64,000 nucleotides of DNA, taken from Planctomycetota bacterium (GTDB lineage: Bacteria > Planctomycetota > UBA8108 > SXIK01). The stretch spans positions 4,928,001-4,992,000 of the forward strand of contig CBDCXR010000004.1 in the NCBI GenBank assembly GCA_965223845.1, written 5' to 3'. Position numbers and translations under genes: made by a program. This document shows, piece after piece, positions 54,918-64,000 of the stretch. The first letter of the stretch is position 1, and every line of letters begins with the position of its first letter. Below the pieces are notes generated by a model, which did no database searches, was not told the DNA's origin, and saw nothing but the letters and a program-made list of their open reading frames with translations.

Positions 54918-57665
54918 TTACCCCGCGCGCTCAACGCGCACCGGGCAGACCTTGAGCTCCGCCGTGTGCGTGATGGGGTCATACCCCGAGCCGGTGAGCA
55001 CGTTCACGGGAACGTCGTTGAAGCTGAAGCTAGAAAACACGGTTCCTCGGGGAGACCGCTCGGTCGCCCGTACACGAACTTTTACCGTCCCGCGGGCACT
55101 AGTCACTTCACACCAATCACCGTCGACGAGCCCCCATGCGGCGACGTCGTCCGGGTGAACCTCGAGACTCTCCTCGCTGAGGAGGTAGTCGATCCCGGCC
55201 GAGCGTCCGGTTTGAGTTCGCGTGTGGTACGACTCGAGCCGCCGCCCGGTCGTAAGCCAGACGGGATACTCCTCGCTCACCGTCTCCGCCGGATCGCGGT
55301 ACCGGATCATCGAGAACTTTCCGCGGCCGTTCACGAAGCCGTCCTCGTGAAGACGCGGCGTTCCGGGGTGATCCTTCGAAGGAACGGGCCACTGGTACTC
55401 GCCGCGCTCGATGCGATCCCAATCGAGACCGGCGTAGATCGGCGAAACTCCGCAGAGCTCGTTGAAAACCTCCTTCGCCGATGCGAACTCGAATCCGGGA
55501 AATCCCATACGCCGTCCGATCTCGGTGATGATCCACCAATCGGGCCGCGCGTCGCCGGGAGGCGAAACGGCAGCACGAAGCCTCTGCACCCGCCGCTCGG
55601 TGTTCGTGCACACGCCGTCCGTCTCCGCCCAAGAGGTCGCCGGAAGAACGACGTCGGCGACAGCAGCCGTCTCGGTCGGGAAGATATCGATCACGACGAG
55701 ATGCTCTAGACTCTCGAGAGCGTGCTCGCAGTGCTTCCGGTCGGGATCGCTGACGAGCGTGTTCTCGCCGCAGATCAACATCCCGTGAATCGAGCGACCG
55801 CATTCCTCGAGCGCGGTCACCTTCGTGATTCCCTTCTCGAGGTCGACCTTTCGGCCGTACGCCTTCTCGAACTTCTCCTGGTGAGCCGGGTCGGTGACGG
55901 ACTGAAATCCCGGATAGTTGTTCGGCAGCGCACCGGCGTCGCCCGCACCTTGGATATTGTTCTGCCCGCGCATCGGGTTGATCCCCGATCCTTCTTTCCC
56001 GATGTTGCCGGTCATCAGGGCGAGATTGCAGAGACTCTGCACGTTGTCGACGCCGCAGATATGCTCGGTGATTCCGAGGGTGTAGTAGATCGCCGACGGG
56101 TTTCCTCCACCGTACCAGCGCGCGGCGCGCTCCACGTCATCAGCGGGCACCTCGGTGATCGATTCGGCCCAGGTGGGAGAAAACGGCTCGAGGTGCTTCA
56201 GGAATTTGTCGCACCCCTGCGTTCGTTCGGCGACGAATTCGCGATCGACGAGTCCTTCGCGCGCGATCACGTGCGCCATCGCGAGGAGCAAGGCAACGTC
56301 GGAGCCGACGCGAATCGGAAGGTAGAGATCGGCCATCTCGGCGAGTCGAATGCGACGCGGGTCCGCGACGATGAGCTTCGCCCCGCGCGCGATCGCGCGT
56401 TTGAGGCGCGTCGCCGCGACGGGGTGACACTCCGTCATATTGGTCCCGATGCAGAAGATCACATCGGGCTTCTCCATGTCGCGAAGCGGATTCGACATCG
56501 CGCCTCGGCCGATCGTGGCCGCCAGACCGGCGACCGTCGGTGCGTGTCAAGCACGACTGCAGTTGTCGATGAAGTTGGTGCCGAAGCCGGTGCGGATCCA
56601 GCGCTGCATCATGTACGCGCATTCGCTCGGCGCTCGTCCGGATGCGACGCCGTAGACGGCGTGGCGGCCGTGCTTGTCGAGCACGGCCTGGAATCCGCCG
56701 GCGGCGCGATCGAGCGCCTCGTCCCACGAGGCCGGCCGGAGAGCGCCGTCATCGCCCCGAACGAGCGGCGTGTGGAGTCGCTCTTCGTGCTGGACGAAGT
56801 CGTAGGCGAATTGGCCTTTGATGCAGAGCGCGCCGCCGTTCGCCGGTCCGTCCATCGCGGGCTGAACACCGACGATCGTCTCGTCGCGCGTGAGAATGTC
56901 GACGGAGCAGCCGACGCCGCAGTAGGGACAGATGGTTCGCGTCTTCTCCGTCTCGCCGGGAACGTCCGCTTGCGCGAGCGCCTTCCGATCGGCGAGCGCA
57001 CCGGTCGGACAAGTCTGAACGCACTGTCCGCAAAACGTGCAGGCGGAGTCGCGAAGGAGTCCGTTGAACTCCGTTGTGATCTGCGTTTCGAATCCTCGGT
57101 TTCGTACGCTGATCGCGTAGTCACCTTCCTGTTCCGCACAGACGCGCACGCAGCGGTAGCAGGAGATGCATCGGTCGTAGTCGCGGAGGATGAACGGGTT
57201 GTCGTCGTCCATCCGGCTTTCGCCCGAGCGCGCGCCGGCGAAGCGGTTCGTACGCGCGTCGTATTCATCGACGAGTGTCGATAGCTCCTGCGACGCCGAG
57301 CCGCGGAGCGGATCCACGTCCACCTCGCCGTTCTCCGATGCGACGAGCTCGAGAAGCGTTCGCCGATACTTCGCGATCGCCTCCGTGCTCGTCCGGACGA
57401 CCATCCCCGGCGCGGCCGGAGTCGTACACGAGGCGACGGGGTTCCTCGCACCTTCGACCTCGACGACGCAGAGACGGCACGCGCCGAACGGCTCGAGTCG
57501 GGGGTCGTAGCAGAGCGTGGGGATCTCGGAGCTCGCGCCTCCATTCGCCTGCGCGCGCTGGCGCTGGGCGACCTCGTAGATCGTCTCCCCCGGCGTGAAC
57601 GCGATGCGCTCGCCGTCGAGAGTGATCTCGTTCGACTTCTTCTGCGTCTTCGTTTCCGTCGTCAT
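54918..57665 (-). CDS. fdhF: Formate dehydrogenase alpha subunit, selenocysteine-containing (N-terminal 2Fe-2S/4Fe-4S, Mo/W-bisPGD)
   Basis: ORFs 56547..57665 and 54918..56498 are in the same frame and joined by TGA at 56547-56549 in IDNCSRA-U-HAPTVAGL; IPTLC...CRLC, CISCYRC, CTFCGQC, CPYCGVGC, PMRGQNNIQG, LTTGR. Confidence 0.93.
56508..56546 (-). promoter_or_regulatory. Bacterial SECIS element
   Basis: Directly 3' of the UGA: CACGCACCGAC-GGUCGCC-GGUCU-GGCGGCC; 7-bp upper stem starting 11 nt after the UGA, with the GGUCU apex seen in E. coli fdhF. Confidence 0.85.
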
Positions 57666-57686
57666 CGCTTCTCGCCCGCGTCGAGG

Positions 57687-59417
<1,731 letters not shown>

Positions 59418-59514
59418 TCGCTCAGCCGCTCTGGTTCGCTCCGATCCTTGAGTTATCCCTGATCGACCGAGCGATTGCAACGCGAGCCGACCGTACGCCG
59501 AGCGATGTTGGGGC

Positions 59515-61710
59515 TCAGTTTTTCTTCACGCGGATCTCGACGCGGTCGATCGCTCCGGTGAAGGGATTCGGCGGAGCGTACGGACCCACGGCGCCACCTT
59601 CATCGCTTCCGACCTCGAGGCCGTCGATCGGCATCCGCGCCATCGCTCCCGGACTGGTTCCCTTCGCGACGGTTTGACCGTCCACCGCGATGGCGATCGC
59701 ACCGTCCTTCGCAAGCGAGGCGGTGACGCGCGAGTTCGCGACGAGTGTCGTCTGCCCCTCGACGACCGCAAGAGTTCCGCGGTGGCGCGTCGCGAACGCG
59801 AGCTTTCCCTTCCGCACGAAGAGCGCCCAACCGTCACTCGGTCCGCCCTGCGCGACGATCACTCCTTCGCCGGGTCGCGAGAGCTCGGCGACGATGTGGA
59901 CACTCTGCTCCGCGACGTAGGGCGCCTCCGCCCGTGCGAGCCGCTCTCCGGCCTTGAGCTCGAAACGTCGCTTTCGACTGAAATCAGCGCGCTTCTCCCG
60001 CTTCTTGTAATACGGCACGAGCGGGTAGACGTGAGCCCGCTTCGCCCACGCGTCCCAACGCGCGGCGAGCTCCGCCGCCAGTTTCGGACGAGCGCGGGAG
60101 AGATCCATCAATTCCGTCCGGTCCGCGGCGAGGTAGTAGAGCTCCCACGGACCGGCCTCGCCGCGAGCGACGAGCTTCCAATCGCCGACGCGAACCGCTC
60201 GATTCCCTTCGTGCTCCCAATAGAGCGCCTCCCGCTCGATCGTCTCCCCGCTGAAGGCGGGGCGGAGGCTGCGTCCTTCCAAGGGCTGAATTTCCTGCCC
60301 GCGGTAGGACTTCGGGTACTCCGCTCCGGCGACATCGACGCAGGTCGCCATGAGATCGATGAGGTGACCCGGCTGATGCTCGAGTTCGCCGCGCCGAGCG
60401 AGGCCACGGGGCCAATGGACGACGAGCGGCGTCGCGATCCCACCCTCGTGCACCCAGTGCTTGTAGCGGCGAAACGGAGTGTTCGAAGCGTTCGCCCACG
60501 GAAGGCCGTAGGCGATGTACGTGTCGGCGGGACCCGGCATCACGCCGTAGCCCGTTCGCACGGGACGCCCGTCGCGTGTGTGGGTCGGCTGCATTCGCGT
60601 CTGAAGCTCGCCCGGACGCATCGGCTTCCGTTCGACCTTCCTCGCCGGATCCGGCCGCTCGGATCCGCGGCTGCCGTACTCTTCCGCGCAGCCACCGTTG
60701 TCGGCCAAGAAAAGGACGAGCGTGTTCTCGAAGACACCGGTTTCTCGAAGCGCCTTTACGATGTGCGCGATGCCTTGGTCCATGCGGTCGACCATCGCCG
60801 CGTAGACTTCCATCCGGCGTTCGAACCATGGCTTGTCCTTCGCGTCGACCCAGGCGGGTGCCTGTGGATCGCGCGGGGTCCGCGTCCATTCCTTTTCGAC
60901 GATCCCCATCGCGATCATGCGCTCGTGCCGTTCCCGCCGGAGCTCGTCCCAGCCCTTCGCATAGCGTCCCCGATACTTCGCAATGTCGTCGGGAAGCGCG
61001 TGCATCGGCCAGTGCGGCGCGGTGTAAGGCACGTAGAGGAAGAACGGCTTGTCGCGCGCGCGCTCGGCGTGTTCTCGGATGTACTTCGCAGCGTGGTCGC
61101 TGATCGCGTCGGTGTAGTAGAAGTCGTCCGACTCGGGCGCGATCTGCGTGTTGTCGCGCGTGAGAGAGTTCGGGTCGAAGAAACTGCCCGCGCCGTGAAT
61201 GGTACCGAAGAAGCGATCGAATCCCCGCTGGATCGGCCAGTTCGACTTGTCGCCGTCCGGCCGAGTGTCTTTCGTGACGTGCCACTTGCCCGACATGTAC
61301 GTCGCGTAGCCGGCCGCGCGCAGCACCTCTGCGATGGTGACCGAACGGCGATTCAACTCGCCGCGGTAACCGTCGTAGCCGCTGTCCTGCATCATCCAGC
61401 CGACACCCGCCTGGTGCGGGTAGAGTCCCGTGAGGAGACTGGCGCGCGTCGGGCAGCAGCGCGCGGTGTTGTAGAACTGCGTGAACCGAAGCCCGTTCGC
61501 GGCGAGCGCGTCGATGGTCGGTGTCTCGATCTCGCCGCCGTAGCAGCCGATGTCCGAGTACCCCATGTCGTCAGCCATCATGATCACGATGTTCGGGCGA
61601 TCGCCGCGCGATTCACTCCCGGCGAAGGCGACGGGAGCGAAGGCGAACGAGGCAAAGAGCGCGAGCGAAAACCTAAGCTTCGGATCGAGGACTCTAGTAC
61701 AGATGGGCAT
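59515..61710 (-). CDS. Arylsulfatase (Cys-type) with C-terminal LamG-like domain
   Basis: PNIVIMMADDMG, CCPTRASLLTG, GKWH, FLADNG, YWEHEGN; C-terminal GVIVAQGG...GWALFV...FTGAIDRV; start may be 61764. Confidence 0.9.
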   Translation of the reverse strand: MPICTRVLDPKLRFSLALFASFAFAPVAFAGSESRGDRPNIVIMMADDMGYSDIGCYGGEIETPTIDALAANGLRFTQFYNTARCCPTRASLLTGLYPHQAGVGWMMQDSGYDGYRGELNRRSVTIAEVLRAAGYATYMSGKWHVTKDTRPDGDKSNWPIQRGFDRFFGTIHGAGSFFDPNSLTRDNTQIAPESDDFYYTDAISDHAAKYIREHAERARDKPFFLYVPYTAPHWPMHALPDDIAKYRGRYAKGWDELRRERHERMIAMGIVEKEWTRTPRDPQAPAWVDAKDKPWFERRMEVYAAMVDRMDQGIAHIVKALRETGVFENTLVLFLADNGGCAEEYGSRGSERPDPARKVERKPMRPGELQTRMQPTHTRDGRPVRTGYGVMPGPADTYIAYGLPWANASNTPFRRYKHWVHEGGIATPLVVHWPRGLARRGELEHQPGHLIDLMATCVDVAGAEYPKSYRGQEIQPLEGRSLRPAFSGETIEREALYWEHEGNRAVRVGDWKLVARGEAGPWELYYLAADRTELMDLSRARPKLAAELAARWDAWAKRAHVYPLVPYYKKREKRADFSRKRRFELKAGERLARAEAPYVAEQSVHIVAELSRPGEGVIVAQGGPSDGWALFVRKGKLAFATRHRGTLAVVEGQTTLVANSRVTASLAKDGAIAIAVDGQTVAKGTSPGAMARMPIDGLEVGSDEGGAVGPYAPPNPFTGAIDRVEIRVKKN

Positions 61711-61943
61711 GGCTCTAACTCTCGGGGGCGGGAAAGACTCGCGCGCGAGGAATTCGCGCTGCATCGACTCTATCCGCGCTGCGGAGGTCGTTCAATCGAC
61801 TGCGACGTCGCCGCGGATGCGATGTACCGCGCTGCGCCTCGAGAATCGCGCCAGCGAGCGCTCCCCCCGACTCGCGTCGTGCGCTACCATGTCGAGAGTT
61901 CAGATCCCCTTACTCCGCACTCGCCATCGAAGGACACTCGCCC

Positions 61944-63278
61944 GTGATCTTGCGAACGACGGTTTTTCTCTGCTTGTGGATCCCGGCCATCGTCTCGGGC
62001 GCCGATGCGTGGCCCGAGTTTCGCGGCCCGGACGGTCAGGGTCACGCGACGGCTCAAAACCTACCGATCCGATGGAGCGAAACGGAAAACGTCGCGTGGA
62101 AGACATCGATCGGCGGCCGCGGATGGTCGTCTCCCGTCATCGAAGGCGATGAGATCTGGCTGACGACGGCCTACGAAAGCGAACTCTCCGACGAAGAGCG
62201 CGCGAAGCGACTCGAGGGCAATACCGGCAGTCAGCCTCTCACCGTCTCCGGACCGGTGAGCCTTCGCGTCGTCGGTGTCCGTCGCTCGAGCGGCGAGATC
62301 CTTCGGGAGGTCAGCGTGCTCCGCGCTGAATCGCCCGAACCGATTCACGAGCTGAACAGCTTCGCTTCCCCCACTCCCATACTCGAAAACGGGAAGCTGT
62401 ACGCTCACTTTGGAGCGAACGGAACGGCCTGCGTCGACACGAAGACGGGCGATGTCCTCTGGCGGAACACCGAGATCACGCTCAAGCACGAGAACGGCGC
62501 CGGCAGCTCCCCTATCAGCTGGAAGGACGTCATCATCTTCCACTGCGACGGCAGCGACGTGCAGTCCATCGTTGCGCTCGAGAAGAAGACCGGAACCATC
62601 GCGTGGCAGACCGATCGCAGCGGCAAGATGCACGATCACCCGCAGATGAAGAAGGCGTACGGTACGCCGCTCGTCGCGACCGTCGGTGGCAAACCGCAAG
62701 TCCTCTCGCCGGCGGCCGATTGGATCTACGCGTACGACCCGAAGAGCGGCGATGAACTGTGGAAGCTGCCGTACGGCGGCCTCGGATTCTCGATCGTGCC
62801 GCGCCCGAGTGTCGCGAGCGGACGAGCGTTCATGTGCACGAGTTTCATGAACTCGCAGCTTCTCGCCATCGACCTCGAGGGCGCGGACGCTCCGAGGATC
62901 GCTTGGCGCTACAAGCGACAAGTCCCGAAGATCTCGTCGCCGCTCGTCGTCGAGGACGAGATCTACTTCGTGAGCGACAAGGGCGTCGCGACCTGCCTCG
63001 ACACGAAGAGCGGCGATCGACATTGGGTCGAGCGCCTCGGGGGAAACTACTGCGCTTCTCCCCTCTACGCGGACGGCCGGATCTACTTCTTCAATCGGGA
63101 AGGCGTTGCGACGGTCATCGAGCCTGGCGCGAAATTCGTGAAGCTCGCAGAGAACGAGCTCGAGTCCGGATTCATGGCCTCGGCGGCGGCGGTCGGCGAT
63201 GCGCTCTACGTCCGGACCGAGAAGGCGATGTATCGCCTCGCCCGCCCCGAGCCGAAGCCTGCGACGAGCGGAGATTGA
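61944..63278 (+). CDS. PQQ-binding-like beta-propeller protein (planctomycete BamB-like family)
   Basis: WPEFRGPDGQG, NVAWKT...GWSSPV, NSFASPTP, YGTP, YCASP, LYVRT. Confidence 0.9.
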   Translation: MILRTTVFLCLWIPAIVSGADAWPEFRGPDGQGHATAQNLPIRWSETENVAWKTSIGGRGWSSPVIEGDEIWLTTAYESELSDEERAKRLEGNTGSQPLTVSGPVSLRVVGVRRSSGEILREVSVLRAESPEPIHELNSFASPTPILENGKLYAHFGANGTACVDTKTGDVLWRNTEITLKHENGAGSSPISWKDVIIFHCDGSDVQSIVALEKKTGTIAWQTDRSGKMHDHPQMKKAYGTPLVATVGGKPQVLSPAADWIYAYDPKSGDELWKLPYGGLGFSIVPRPSVASGRAFMCTSFMNSQLLAIDLEGADAPRIAWRYKRQVPKISSPLVVEDEIYFVSDKGVATCLDTKSGDRHWVERLGGNYCASPLYADGRIYFFNREGVATVIEPGAKFVKLAENELESGFMASAAAVGDALYVRTEKAMYRLARPEPKPATSGD

Positions 63279-63378
63279 TCCAATTCGCTCTGAAGTAGTC
63301 AGTTACGCCCTCCTGCCAGGCTCTTCCGCGGGCGCGAGTTCCGTGTCCTGAACGCAGCCGAGCCGCAGTATCAGGACT

Positions 63379-64000
63379 ATGAGCAGCCTCCCGCCCCTCC
63401 GCGATTCGAGCGAAACGGTCGAGCTCCTTCGGCGAGCCGGCGAAGGAGACGACGCGGTTCTCGACGACCTCTTCTCGCGCCATCGCTCGCGCCTCGAGCG
63501 CATGGTCGCCCTGAGGATGGCGGAGAAGCTGCGGCCGAGGATCGATCCCGCGGATGTCGTCCAGGACGCGCTGCTTCAAGCCTCGCGCCGCCTCTCCGAG
63601 TATCTCGAAGACCCCGGAGTGCCGTTCTTCCTCTGGCTGCGCTACCTCACCCGTCAGCGGCTCGCTGAGCTGCACCGGTTCCATCTCGGCGCTCAAGCGC
63701 GCGACCCGCGGCGCGAGGTTGCGATCTATCAGCGCGCGATGCCGGCCGCGACGACGCAAGCCCTCGCCGCCCAGCTCCTCGGGCGCCTCGACACGCCGTC
63801 ACAGCAGATCGCACGCGTCGAGCTGCAAGTGAAGCTGCAGGAGGGTCTCAACCGCATGGACGCGTCCGATCGAGAGATCATCGCACTCCGGCACTTCGAG
63901 CAGCTCACGAACGTCGAGGTCGCGCGCGAACTCGACATCAAGGAGAGCGCGGCGAGCAAGCGCTACATCCGCGCGCTCGAGCGTCTGCAAAAGATCCTCA
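63379..64000 (+). CDS. ECF sigma-70 factor, planctomycete-specific type (3'-truncated; absent from ORF track)
   Basis: Manual translation MSSLPP...LFSRHRSRLERMVALRM...RIDPADVVQD...FFLWLR...DREIIALRHFEQLTNVEVARELDIKESAASKRYIRALERL. Confidence 0.9.
   Translation, partial: MSSLPPLRDSSETVELLRRAGEGDDAVLDDLFSRHRSRLERMVALRMAEKLRPRIDPADVVQDALLQASRRLSEYLEDPGVPFFLWLRYLTRQRLAELHRFHLGAQARDPRREVAIYQRAMPAATTQALAAQLLGRLDTPSQQIARVELQVKLQEGLNRMDASDREIIALRHFEQLTNVEVARELDIKESAASKRYIRALERLQKIL

Noticed and set aside
56547-56549. Nonsense mutation / FDH pseudogene interpretation
   Set aside because: The stop is at the catalytic Sec/Cys position with a SECIS directly downstream, so recoding explains it better

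Overview
High-GC bacterial DNA with a gene complement typical of Planctomycetota (taxonomy inferred, not searched). It encodes four Cys-type sulfatases, PVC-type c-type cytochromes (including two paralogous five-heme proteins), DUF1080 and PQQ-like propeller proteins, three ECF sigma factors, a Ser/Thr kinase and four secreted proteins ending in dockerin-like domains. I found no rRNA, tRNA, CRISPR array or mobile element. Main points: (1) A cluster at 5.7-13.1 kb has a membrane-anchored ECF sigma with a large extracytoplasmic tail, flanked by cohesin/dockerin-like proteins. One of these is built from seven palindromic six-Cys acidic repeats, and an identical bipartite motif (TGAGACG-N10-CGGCGGGCTCTT) precedes both minus-strand transcription units. 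(2) A zinc-finger/Ser-Thr kinase/heme-c sensor plus ECF sigma lies next to a convergently split TolC and MFP-permease exporter whose two halves share a second upstream motif. (3) A single ORF fuses a CX5R phosphatase, a neutral-ceramidase-like domain and an outer-membrane barrel. (4) An NAD-linked formate dehydrogenase contains selenocysteine (in-frame UGA plus an fdhF-like SECIS) and is split in two by the ORF track. All family assignments come from motif recognition by eye.
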